A DNA stretch of 32,000 nucleotides from positions 41,928 to 73,927 of the forward strand of contig JAPLKZ010000004.1 of the NCBI GenBank assembly GCA_026387835.1, read 5' to 3'. The first letter of the stretch is position 1. Every line of letters begins with the position of its first letter. A program made the position numbers and the translations under genes. A model generated the notes under the pieces. The model ran no database searches. It was not told where the DNA came from and was given only the letters and a program-made list of their open reading frames with translations. Source of the DNA: Candidatus Saganbacteria bacterium (lineage in GTDB: Bacteria > Margulisbacteria > WOR-1 > JAKLHX01). Shown here piece after piece: positions 8,162 to 16,415 of the stretch.

Positions 8162-9258
8162 CAGATGATGGATCTTTGCCTGTCCGTATCAAAGACATGC
8201 ATCTTTTTAAGATTGAGATAGACACAATACTGGCTTCCCGGTTTTGTATCGGTCAGGGAATCCACCCTGGCAGTAAGAGGCGTCTTTCCGATCTTCAGGT
8301 AAAGATATGTCTCCGATCCCATGAGCTCCCTGAAATCTACTTTTGCCTCGAGCTGGCACTGTTGTTTTGTCTCAGGCAGAGGATGGCTCAGTATATCCTC
8401 AGGCCTGATACCGAAGGTGACATCATGACTTACGTGAGGCCTTAATATGTCATTGAAATCCGACGGCATGACGATCTTGAGGTCCTCGGAATCGAAAAAG
8501 ATGTGTTCTCCGGCCTGGTCAAGCTTTCCCTTGATAAAGTTCATCGCGGGACTGCCGATGAAGCCTGCGACAAATTTATTTATCGGGTATCCGTAAACTT
8601 GAAGCGGAACATCTACCTGCTGGAGCTGGCCGTTAAGGATGACCGCTATTCTTGTCCCGAGGGTCATCGCTTCTACCTGGTCATGCGTCACGTATATTAT
8701 CGTCGCTTTTAGTTTATTATAGATCCTCTGGAGCTCCGCTCTCATCTGCACGCGTAGTTTCGCGTCAAGATTGCTCAGGGGCTCGTCCATGAGAAATACG
8801 GCTGGTTCCCTTACGATGGCCCGTCCGACGGCTACCCTCTGCCTCTGCCCTCCGGAAAGCTGCTTCGGAAGCCGGTCCAGCATCGTCTCAAGATCGAGGA
8901 CGTTCGCGGCTTCTTTGACCCTTCTGTCGATGTCTTTTTTTGGTATCTTCCTCAATTTAAGGCCGAAAGCCATATTGTCATAGACATTCATGTGGGGATA
9001 AAGCGCATAGTTCTGGAATATCATCGCGATATTCCTGTCTTTGGGAGGGACATCGTTGACCATCTTGTCGCCTATATAGATCTTTCCTTCGGTGACCTCT
9101 TCAAGTCCTGCCGCCATCCTGAGAGCAGTTGTCTTTCCGCATCCCGAGGGGCCCACAAGCACCAAAAACTCCCTGTCCTTTACTTCAAGGCTCATATCCT
9201 TGACAGCGACAAAATTATCGAACTTCTTTGTCACATTCTCAAAATATACCCTTACCAC
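8161..9258 (-). CDS. ABC transporter ATP-binding protein, MalK/UgpC/MsmK type
   Basis: 365 aa; Walker A GPSGCGKTT, signature LSGGQRQRVAVGRAI, Walker B VFLMDEPLSNLDAKLR, C-terminal TOBE-like GIRPEDI. No permease or binding protein in the window. Confidence 0.93.
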   Translation of the reverse strand: MVRVYFENVTKKFDNFVAVKDMSLEVKDREFLVLVGPSGCGKTTALRMAAGLEEVTEGKIYIGDKMVNDVPPKDRNIAMIFQNYALYPHMNVYDNMAFGLKLRKIPKKDIDRRVKEAANVLDLETMLDRLPKQLSGGQRQRVAVGRAIVREPAVFLMDEPLSNLDAKLRVQMRAELQRIYNKLKATIIYVTHDQVEAMTLGTRIAVILNGQLQQVDVPLQVYGYPINKFVAGFIGSPAMNFIKGKLDQAGEHIFFDSEDLKIVMPSDFNDILRPHVSHDVTFGIRPEDILSHPLPETKQQCQLEAKVDFRELMGSETYLYLKIGKTPLTARVDSLTDTKPGSQYCVYLNLKKMHVFDTDRQRSII

Positions 9259-9285
9259 ATTATTCTCCAGTCTTTACCAAAAAGC

Positions 9286-9747
9286 CTATATTTGTTTCAA
9301 TAAATTCGCGGATTCGATGGCTGACAGCGCGGCCGCCCATCCTTTGTTACCGGGTTTGCCTCCCGCGCGTTCCAGGGCCTGTTCCAGATTATCAGTTGTA
9401 AGCACGCCGAATATCACAGGGATCTCCGTATCTAAAGATACTTTTGCTATCCCTTTGGACACTTCGGACGCTACATAGTCAAAATGGGAAGTCCCTCCCC
9501 TTATCACGGCTCCCAGGCATATCACCGCGTTCGGCTTGGACTTTTCCGCGACTTTTTTTGCCACGAGCGGCATCTCAAAAGCCCCCGGCACCCACACGAC
9601 TTCGATGGATGCTTCAGTTGCACCGTGCCTTTTCAGGCAGTCAAGAGCCCCCTCAAGCAGGCCTTTTGAAATGAACTCATTGAAACGGCTCACGATTATC
9701 GAGAACTTCAGCCCCTTTGCTTCCAGCGCGCCTTCTTTTACCTTCAT
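9286..9747 (-). CDS. ribH: 6,7-dimethyl-8-ribityllumazine synthase
   Basis: 153 aa; [67 protein letters not shown]. Confidence 0.96.
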   Translation of the reverse strand: MKVKEGALEAKGLKFSIIVSRFNEFISKGLLEGALDCLKRHGATEASIEVVWVPGAFEMPLVAKKVAEKSKPNAVICLGAVIRGGTSHFDYVASEVSKGIAKVSLDTEIPVIFGVLTTDNLEQALERAGGKPGNKGWAAALSAIESANLLKQI

Positions 9748-9762
9748 GGTCTTTCTCCTTTC

Positions 9763-11004
9763 TTAATTTGTGATACTTGAGCTTACATTTTTATATTTGT
9801 TCAGGATATGGCCCAGCTTTTTAGATTTTACCATAAGATACTTTCTATTATACCTGTTCGGCTTGATCTCTATCGGGATCCTTTTTATAACTTCCAGTCC
9901 GTAACCCTCTATTCCCACTATCTTTTTCGGATTATTGGTCAAAAGCCTTATTGTGGAAAGCCCGAGGTCCCTCAGTATCTGAGCCCCTATACCATAATCC
10001 CTTAGATCAGCCTCAAAACCGAGAGCTTCGTTCGCTTCTACGGTATCTTTTCCAAGGTCCTGAAGCTCGTATGCCTTAAGTTTGTTCATCAGCCCGATAC
10101 CGCGGCCTTCCTGTTTCATATATAATATCACGCCCTGACCCTCAGATTCGACCATCTCCATCGATCTTTCAAGCTGCTCCCCGCAGTCGCACCTGCAGCT
10201 TTTGAACACGTCTCCTGTCAGGCATTCGGAATGGACCCTTACAAGCACGTTCTTTTTCCCTTTTACGATGCCTTTTACAAGCGCGATATGATGTTCGCCG
10301 TTCAGTATATTTTCATAACCCGATATCGTGAACTCCCCGTATCCGGTCGGGAGCCTGGCCTCGCTTACTTTTTTTATCAGGTTCTCTTTTTTTAAGCGGT
10401 ATTTGATGAGGTCCGCTATGGATATCACGGTAAGGCCGTATTTTTTCGCGAACTTTATGATATCTTCGCCTCTTGCCATCTCGCCGTCGGGCATTATTAT
10501 CTCGCATATCACAGCCGCCTCTGTCAGGCCCGACATGCGCGCGATATCAACGCCCGCCTCTGTGTGGCCCGCTCTTTTCAGCACGCCGCCATTCTTTGCC
10601 ATCAGCGGGAACACATGGCCCGGCCTTGTAAGGTCGGACGGCTTTGAACTCTTGCCGATAAGCACTTTGATCGTGCGGCACCTGTCAGCAGGTGAAATGC
10701 CGGTCGTCGTGCCGAATTTTTTCGCGGCGTCCACGGATACCGTGAACGCGGTCGTCATCGATTCGGTGTTCATTCCGGTCATCTGGTCTATTTCCAGCGT
10801 TTTAAGTCTTTCCTCGGTCATCGGGACACATACTAGCCCCTTCCCGTGGGAGATCATGAAATTTATTGATTCCGGCGTCGCTTTTTCCGCGGCTATCACC
10901 AGGTCGCCTTCGTTCTCCCTGTCCTTGTCATCGACGACGATGATCATATTACCGTTTTTGAAAGCTTTCAGGGCATTATCGACAGGATCGAATTTTAATT
11001 GCAT
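9763..11004 (-). CDS. ribBA: bifunctional 3,4-dihydroxy-2-butanone-4-phosphate synthase / GTP cyclohydrolase II
   Basis: 413 aa; VVDDKDRENEGDLVIAAE (RibB) and VRVHSECLTGDVFKSCRCDCGEQL, QEGRGIGLMNKLKAY, RLLTNNPKKI (RibA). Confidence 0.97.
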   Translation of the reverse strand: MQLKFDPVDNALKAFKNGNMIIVVDDKDRENEGDLVIAAEKATPESINFMISHGKGLVCVPMTEERLKTLEIDQMTGMNTESMTTAFTVSVDAAKKFGTTTGISPADRCRTIKVLIGKSSKPSDLTRPGHVFPLMAKNGGVLKRAGHTEAGVDIARMSGLTEAAVICEIIMPDGEMARGEDIIKFAKKYGLTVISIADLIKYRLKKENLIKKVSEARLPTGYGEFTISGYENILNGEHHIALVKGIVKGKKNVLVRVHSECLTGDVFKSCRCDCGEQLERSMEMVESEGQGVILYMKQEGRGIGLMNKLKAYELQDLGKDTVEANEALGFEADLRDYGIGAQILRDLGLSTIRLLTNNPKKIVGIEGYGLEVIKRIPIEIKPNRYNRKYLMVKSKKLGHILNKYKNVSSSITN

Positions 11005-11672
11005 TCGTATTGGCTCCCGGTACGCCCTATCATATCTTTCAGCATCAAACCCAGACTGACGCCGCTTTCAACTTCATCATCAGGTTTTTTCTTCATGGCT
11101 TTGGACGCATACTTCCCGACAAGATCTGTCTCAATATTGACTTTATCCCCTATCCTGAGTTTTGCCAGCGTGGTGTTTTTCATTGTAAAAGGAATTATGA
11201 CGACTGAAAACGAATCCCTGAAGATCTCCGCCACAGTAAGGCTTATGCCGTTAATAGAGACAGATCCTTTTTTTATAATGCCGGACAGGATATTCCGGCC
11301 GGAAGAAAAGACCATCTTCACAGAACCTGACGTCCTTATGACTTCCTTTACAGTTGCGGTCCCGTCGACATGACCCGAAACGATGTGGCCTGAAAGCCGG
11401 TCCGAGGCTTTCAACGCCCTTTCAAGGTTCACTTCATCGCCCGTCTTAAGCAGATCTAATGTCGTGTCTGAAAGTGTCGGGGATACCGCTTCGACAATAA
11501 ATGATCTCCGTTTTTTATTGACGACAGTCAGGCATACGCCGTTGACCGCGATGCTGTCGCCTTTTTTCAGATCGGACAGTACTGTCTTTGCGCCGACCTC
11601 AAATGATTTTAACCCGGCAGCCGCCTTGGTATTTTTGATACTACCGATCTCTTCTATTATTCCGGTAAACAT
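10995..11672 (-). CDS. ribE: riboflavin synthase alpha chain
   Basis: 225 aa; MFTGIIEEIG start, KGDSIAVNGVCLTVV, ERALKASDRLSGHIVSGHVDG, duplicated lumazine-binding domains. Confidence 0.96.
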   Translation of the reverse strand: MFTGIIEEIGSIKNTKAAAGLKSFEVGAKTVLSDLKKGDSIAVNGVCLTVVNKKRRSFIVEAVSPTLSDTTLDLLKTGDEVNLERALKASDRLSGHIVSGHVDGTATVKEVIRTSGSVKMVFSSGRNILSGIIKKGSVSINGISLTVAEIFRDSFSVVIIPFTMKNTTLAKLRIGDKVNIETDLVGKYASKAMKKKPDDEVESGVSLGLMLKDMIGRTGSQYECN

Positions 11673-11694
11673 ATTTTTATCTTAACCAATTTTA

Positions 11695-12108
11695 TCATTT
11701 TACGACTTTTGATACATCTTTTATAAGAGAGCCCAATATACCGTTTATGAACTTCGCGGACCTGGCGGTCCCGTATTTTTTTGCAAGTTCCACCGCTTCA
11801 TCTGCCGCGACTGCTTCCGGTGTCCCTTTTTCCGATGTTATCTCATAGAAAGCAAGCCTTAAGATGTTCCTGTCGATCACGCTCATGCGGCTGACGGGCC
11901 AGTCTTTTGAATATTTTGCTATGTCCGCGTCGATCTTTTTTATATCGCCGACAGTGCCTTGCACCAGTTCCGCGGAAAATTTCCTGGTCTCATCTGAAAT
12001 GCCGTCTTCGAACAGATTTTCCAGCGCTTCTTCGGGCTTTGCTCCGGAGATGTCTATCTGGTACAGTGCCTGCATCGCTATCCGTCTTGAAGTTGAGCGT
12101 TTTCCCAT
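11695..12108 (-). CDS. nusB: transcription antitermination factor NusB
   Basis: 137 aa; SRRIAMQALYQIDIS, DRNILRLAFYEI, DEAVELAKKYGTARSAKFINGILGSL. Confidence 0.94.
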   Translation of the reverse strand: MGKRSTSRRIAMQALYQIDISGAKPEEALENLFEDGISDETRKFSAELVQGTVGDIKKIDADIAKYSKDWPVSRMSVIDRNILRLAFYEITSEKGTPEAVAADEAVELAKKYGTARSAKFINGILGSLIKDVSKVVK

Positions 12109-12111
12109 GTT

Positions 12112-13455
12112 TTAAGGCTCTAAGTTGGCGGAGATGAAATCAGTGTAGACTTCGCCTCTTTTGAACGCCTCATTATCCATGACTTTTTTGTGGAAGGGTA
12201 TAGTGGTCTTGATGCCCGTTATTATGAATTCGTCCAGGCAGCGCTTTGCGCGTGCTATCGCCTCGTCCCTGCTCGGCGCCCAGACGATAAGTTTTGCTAT
12301 CAACGAATCATAATTAGGCAGTATCCTGCATCCCGCATAGGCGAGGCTGTCGATCCTTACTCCGGGGCCGCCCGGGATAATATACTCTTTTATCTGGCCG
12401 GGCGAAGGCATGAAATTCTTATCGGGATCTTCCGCGTTTATCCTCAGTTCTATCGCGTGGCCTCTTATTTTAATATCGGACTGCCTCAGGCGCATCTTCT
12501 CAAGAGCGGCTATCGATATCTGTTCTTTCAGGATATCGACCGAGGTTACCATTTCTGTGACCGGATGCTCCACCTGCACCCTTGTATTCATTTCCATGAA
12601 ATAATAATTCCCGTTTTTGTCCAGCAAATATTCCACCGTTCCCGCGCTGCAGTACTTGACTGCTTTTGCCAGCCGGACGGCAGCTTCGCCCATCTTTTTT
12701 CTTGTCTTCTCGTTCAGGACCGCGCACGGCGATTCTTCCACGAGTTTTTGATGCCTTCTCTGCACGGAGCAGTCCCTTTCTCCCAGATAGACCACATTGC
12801 CGAAAGCATCGGCCAGTATCTGTATCTCGACGTGCTTGGGCTGTTCGATAAATTTTTCTACGTAAATATCGGAATTGCCGAAAGCGGCTCCCGCCTCTGT
12901 CTGCGCCGTGCTCATAAGAGCAAGAAAATCCGCTTCTGCCTTGACAACCCTCATCCCTCTGCCGCCGCCTCCCGCGGTTGCTTTTATCACAACGGGAAAC
13001 CCGATCTTTTTCGCGATCCTCAGGGCTTCGTTAGGGTCTTTTATAATTCCTTCCGAACCCGGGACAGTAGGCACTCCGGACCTCATAGCGCATTGTTTTG
13101 CCGTGGCTTTATCACCCATCGATTCTATTGAAGAAGGGCTTGGTCCTATGAAGACTATATTGTGTGCCGCGCATATCTCGGCGAACTTTGCATTTTCGGC
13201 AAGGAACCCGTATCCCGGATGTATCGCCTGCGCTCCGCACACTTCTGCGGTAGAGATTATCCTCGGGATATTGAGATAGCTTGAAGCCGGTACCGCCGGG
13301 CCGATGCAGTAAGATTCATCGGCTAGTCTTGCGTGGAGCGAGTCTTTATCGGCTTCGCTGTACACTGCAACGGATTTTATTCCCATTTCCCTGCATGCAC
13401 GGATGACGCGGATCGCGATCTCACCCCTGTTGGCCACCAGTATTTTTTCGAACAA
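12112..13455 (-). CDS. accC: acetyl-CoA carboxylase biotin carboxylase subunit
   Basis: 447 aa; MFEKILVANRGEIAIRVIRACREMGI, YPGYGFLAENA-type motif, GGGGRGM, EMNTRVQVEHPVTE. Confidence 0.97.
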   Translation of the reverse strand: MFEKILVANRGEIAIRVIRACREMGIKSVAVYSEADKDSLHARLADESYCIGPAVPASSYLNIPRIISTAEVCGAQAIHPGYGFLAENAKFAEICAAHNIVFIGPSPSSIESMGDKATAKQCAMRSGVPTVPGSEGIIKDPNEALRIAKKIGFPVVIKATAGGGGRGMRVVKAEADFLALMSTAQTEAGAAFGNSDIYVEKFIEQPKHVEIQILADAFGNVVYLGERDCSVQRRHQKLVEESPCAVLNEKTRKKMGEAAVRLAKAVKYCSAGTVEYLLDKNGNYYFMEMNTRVQVEHPVTEMVTSVDILKEQISIAALEKMRLRQSDIKIRGHAIELRINAEDPDKNFMPSPGQIKEYIIPGGPGVRIDSLAYAGCRILPNYDSLIAKLIVWAPSRDEAIARAKRCLDEFIITGIKTTIPFHKKVMDNEAFKRGEVYTDFISANLEP

Positions 13456-13481
13456 AACTTGCTCCTTGCTCTAAAACGCAG

Positions 13482-13509
13482 TTGACACCGTGAAAATATG
13501 CTCTATAAT
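13482..13509 (+). promoter_or_regulatory. sigma70-type promoter for the 52-aa ORF
   Basis: TTGACA (13482-13487), 16-nt spacer, TATAAT (13504-13509); both hexamers match consensus exactly. Confidence 0.8.
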
Positions 13510-13571
13510 TATAACATAAATCGGTCATTTTAAGAGTGGTCGATAAACAGACAAAAAGGAGGTGAGTTTAA

Positions 13572-13730
13572 ATGGCAAGAGGCGGATTATCAAAAATGAG
13601 AGTGGATTTCAAAGGACAGACGGATACATTGGAAGATGTCTTCGGAAAAAAGGCGATCCCGGTCACGTCAATGACAAAGATCATCTGGGGTGTGATCAAG
13701 AGAAAAAAATTGATGAAAAAGGTCAGCTGA
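13572..13730 (+). CDS. small basic protein of unknown function (52 aa), absent from supplied ORF track
   Basis: Strong SD AGGAGGTGAG just upstream; MARGGLSKMRVDFKGQTDTLEDVFGKKAIPVTSMTKIIWGVIKRKKLMKKVS*; consensus promoter upstream and terminator hairpin downstream. Confidence 0.8.
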   Translation: MARGGLSKMRVDFKGQTDTLEDVFGKKAIPVTSMTKIIWGVIKRKKLMKKVS

Positions 13731-13753
13731 TCATTTCTTAGTCTGAATTGTAT

Positions 13754-13782
13754 AAAAGCCCCTGTACTAGGCAGGGGTTTTT
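13754..13782 (+). terminator. intrinsic terminator, probably bidirectional between the 52-aa gene (+) and the Nramp-like gene (-)
   Basis: AAAAGCCCCTG - TACTAGG - CAGGGGTTTTT: 11-bp stem including one G-U, 7-nt loop, T-rich tail on both strands. Confidence 0.85.
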
Positions 13783-13805
13783 ATTTTGTTCATCCGGCGG
13801 AATTT

Positions 13806-15071
13806 TTAGAATACGTTCAGGTACAGCATCAATGAAGCGATGACGGTGAAACTCGCGATCGTTATCCATGCCAGGATATTCGAGAACCTGTTGTTCACAT
13901 AGGGGCCCATCAGTTTTTTGTCATTAATAAGTTTCAGGATGACGAAGAAGATGAACGGCAGAAGCACGGTGTTGAGCGCCTGTGAAGCCGTGAGCACGAA
14001 TATCATCGGAAAGTTCGGCAGGAAAACGAGCAGCGTGCTCGCGAAAAGACAGAACCCTATTATTGTATAAAATAACGGGGCCTCTTTGAACGATGAGTTC
14101 ACCTTCCTCTCCGTACCCAGGATCTCGGTGATCGCATAAGCCGTCCCCATCGATATGACGCTGACGCCCAGCAGAGACGCGTTAAGAAGTCCCCACGCGA
14201 AAAGATGCTTTGAGAACGCCCCGAGCATGGGTTCGAGCGCCATCGCCGCGTCAGCCGCGTTCTCTATCCTGATACCTTTTGCAAAAAGAGTGGCTGCTGC
14301 CGAGATGATTATAAAATAAGCCACGAAATCGGTCCAGAATGCACCGAAAAGGACGTCCATCCTTGCGGTCTTAAGATGTTTCTTGTCCACTCCCTTGTCG
14401 ACAAAATACGACTGCACAAAAAACTGCCCCCACACTGTTAACGTCGTTCCTATCAGTGCCGTCGCCGTAAATATGAATTCCCGGTTAAATTTGATGACCG
14501 GGACCAGGCTTCCCTGCACCATCGCGGGGATATCCGGCCTTGCGATGAAACCGTTGACGATATAACAGAAAAAAAGTATGCAGGAGGTCATAAAAATATT
14601 CTGGACAAAGTTGAAGCTGCCTTTAAGGATGATATACCAGATGAAGAACACGAACACGGGCACAAATATCATCCTGGGAATATGGTAGATGTCGGCCACA
14701 GAAGCTATTCCCGCCACGTCCGCAAGGATGTTCGAAAAATTGGCTATAAAGACCAGGCACAGTATCAACACCGCAGTGTGGAGTCCGATACGCTCTCTTA
14801 TGAGGTCGCCCAGGCCCTTTCCCGTTACGACACCCAGCCTTGCACCCATCTCCTGTGTTATATAGAGCATGAAGGTTATGACTATCAATATCCAAAGCAT
14901 CGAGTAGCCGAAATGCGCTCCTGCCACTGAATATGTCGCCACGCCTCCCGCATCATTATCGGCTGTGCCGGTTATTATCCCCGGACCTATCACGGAGAAC
15001 ATTATCAGAAGCCTTAATCTCCAATAATTCCAGTTTTTATTCTTGTTCTTTTTTTTAAAAAGCATCAGCAT
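13806..15071 (-). CDS. Nramp-like divalent metal transporter, non-canonical subfamily
   Basis: 421 aa, about 11 TM segments; SVIGPGIITGTADNDAGGVATYSVAGAHFGYSMLW resembles Nramp TM1 and ARLGVVTGKGLGDLIRER the following loop. Canonical DPGN and TM6 MPH motifs are absent. Confidence 0.85.
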   Translation of the reverse strand: MLMLFKKKNKNKNWNYWRLRLLIMFSVIGPGIITGTADNDAGGVATYSVAGAHFGYSMLWILIVITFMLYITQEMGARLGVVTGKGLGDLIRERIGLHTAVLILCLVFIANFSNILADVAGIASVADIYHIPRMIFVPVFVFFIWYIILKGSFNFVQNIFMTSCILFFCYIVNGFIARPDIPAMVQGSLVPVIKFNREFIFTATALIGTTLTVWGQFFVQSYFVDKGVDKKHLKTARMDVLFGAFWTDFVAYFIIISAAATLFAKGIRIENAADAAMALEPMLGAFSKHLFAWGLLNASLLGVSVISMGTAYAITEILGTERKVNSSFKEAPLFYTIIGFCLFASTLLVFLPNFPMIFVLTASQALNTVLLPFIFFVILKLINDKKLMGPYVNNRFSNILAWITIASFTVIASLMLYLNVF

Positions 15072-15098
15072 ATTCCACGGAGGGTTTTCAGACGATAC

Positions 15099-16370
15099 TT
15101 ACCCTACCGACATCCTTTTCCTTCGCGCAAGCGGCGGCAGTATGAAATCGATGACATCATCCACCGTCACGATGCCGAGCAGCCTGTTAAGTTTGTCTAC
15201 GACCGGCACGGCAAGGAGATTGTATTTTGATATCACTTCGGCTACCATCTTCTGGCTCATCTCCGGATGCACGGTTATGATCTTGGTCTTCATGATCTCC
15301 GAGACCGGAGCATCGAGTTTTGATATTATCAGGCTCCTTAACGACAGGACCCCGACAAGATGCTGCGCTTCATCGACCACGTAGAGATAATAGACCGTCT
15401 CGCATGAAGGCGCGAGCTCCCGTATCTTTTCGATCGTCTGCTGGGCCGTAAGGTCTTTCGATATAGTTATGAACTCCGTCGTCATGAGCCCTCCGCCGGT
15501 CTCCTCTCCGTGCTTCAAAAGCTCCTGTATCTCTTCCGCTTTTTTCTGCTTCATGAGCCTCAAAAGCTCGGACGCTTTTTCTTCAGGCAGGTCTCCCAGC
15601 ACGTCGGCAGCCTCGTCGCTGGGCATCCTTTCGATTATGGAAAGCGCTTTTTTGGAGTCAAGGATCCCGATCAGGTAAGCCTGGATACGGGGTTCAAGCT
15701 CGTGAAGGGCTTCCGCGGCGGTCTCGGTCGACAATGACGAAAAAATAGCCGTTTTTTCGTCGATATGAACCTGGCTTATTATATTGGCAATATCCGCGGG
15801 GTGGAGCTTTGAGACCCCCTGGTACGGGACGACCAGCTTTAACCGCGCGATATCTGTCTGTAACGGCTCGACAAAATTCCAGCCTATCAGGTCATCCTTG
15901 AGCTGGATATTGAACACGGCCATCAGAGGAAGCAGTATTTTGTCGAGATGCAGTCTTCTAATAATGCCTTTGAACCCGACTTCAGCTGCGATCAGCCTGA
16001 TATCCATTCCTATTTTCGCGAGCTTCAAGTCGTTGACCCTGACGACCTTGGAGCCGTGGATATCCACTATCTGCTTGTCCATAAGGTCGCGCTGCAGAAG
16101 CATCTCGTTCTCTCTGATGGATGCAAAAGCAATATTGTCTTTTGAGGAATTCGCTGAAATAAGCCTTCTTCCGATATGGTTTATCTCTGACAATAATAAT
16201 ATCTTTTCTTTTTTGCCCCGCCCGAATTTTAATAAAAGTCCTATCACTTTAGGGAACTGGTCGCCCGGTTCGATGACGACGTCGATAACACTGCCGATCT
16301 TTTCTTCGGCCCTGTCGATCACTGTCTGACCGATCATCTCTGAAGCATACATTTCGGTAAAATAGATCAT
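15099..16370 (-). CDS. PRC-barrel + MgtE N-terminal + paired CBS domain protein without MgtE transmembrane domain
   Basis: 423 aa; N-terminal IGQTVIDRAEEKIGSVIDVVIEPGDQFPKVIGLL (PRC); ALHELEPRIQAYLIGILDSKKALSIIERMPSDEAADVLGDLPEEKASELLRLM (MgtE_N); CBS region to C-terminal VDDVIDFILPP. No TM segments. Confidence 0.88.
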   Translation of the reverse strand: MIYFTEMYASEMIGQTVIDRAEEKIGSVIDVVIEPGDQFPKVIGLLLKFGRGKKEKILLLSEINHIGRRLISANSSKDNIAFASIRENEMLLQRDLMDKQIVDIHGSKVVRVNDLKLAKIGMDIRLIAAEVGFKGIIRRLHLDKILLPLMAVFNIQLKDDLIGWNFVEPLQTDIARLKLVVPYQGVSKLHPADIANIISQVHIDEKTAIFSSLSTETAAEALHELEPRIQAYLIGILDSKKALSIIERMPSDEAADVLGDLPEEKASELLRLMKQKKAEEIQELLKHGEETGGGLMTTEFITISKDLTAQQTIEKIRELAPSCETVYYLYVVDEAQHLVGVLSLRSLIISKLDAPVSEIMKTKIITVHPEMSQKMVAEVISKYNLLAVPVVDKLNRLLGIVTVDDVIDFILPPLARRKRMSVG

Positions 16371-16415
16371 GAGAAACCTCCTCTTGACTAAAAAAATTAT
16401 ACCACAGGAGGCTTT

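Noticed and set aside
10328-11059. 243-aa plus-strand ORF
   Set aside because: Antisense to ribBA, which has unambiguous motifs; composition looks like codon-shadow translation.
12190-13131. 313-aa plus-strand ORF
   Set aside because: Antisense to the clearly conserved accC; arginine/cysteine/proline-rich composition without domains. Long antisense ORFs are expected at this GC content.
13456-13571. Possible riboswitch upstream of the 52-aa gene
   Set aside because: The predicted 5' UTR is only about 55 nt and I could not find a convincing structured element. An Rfam/Infernal scan would be decisive.
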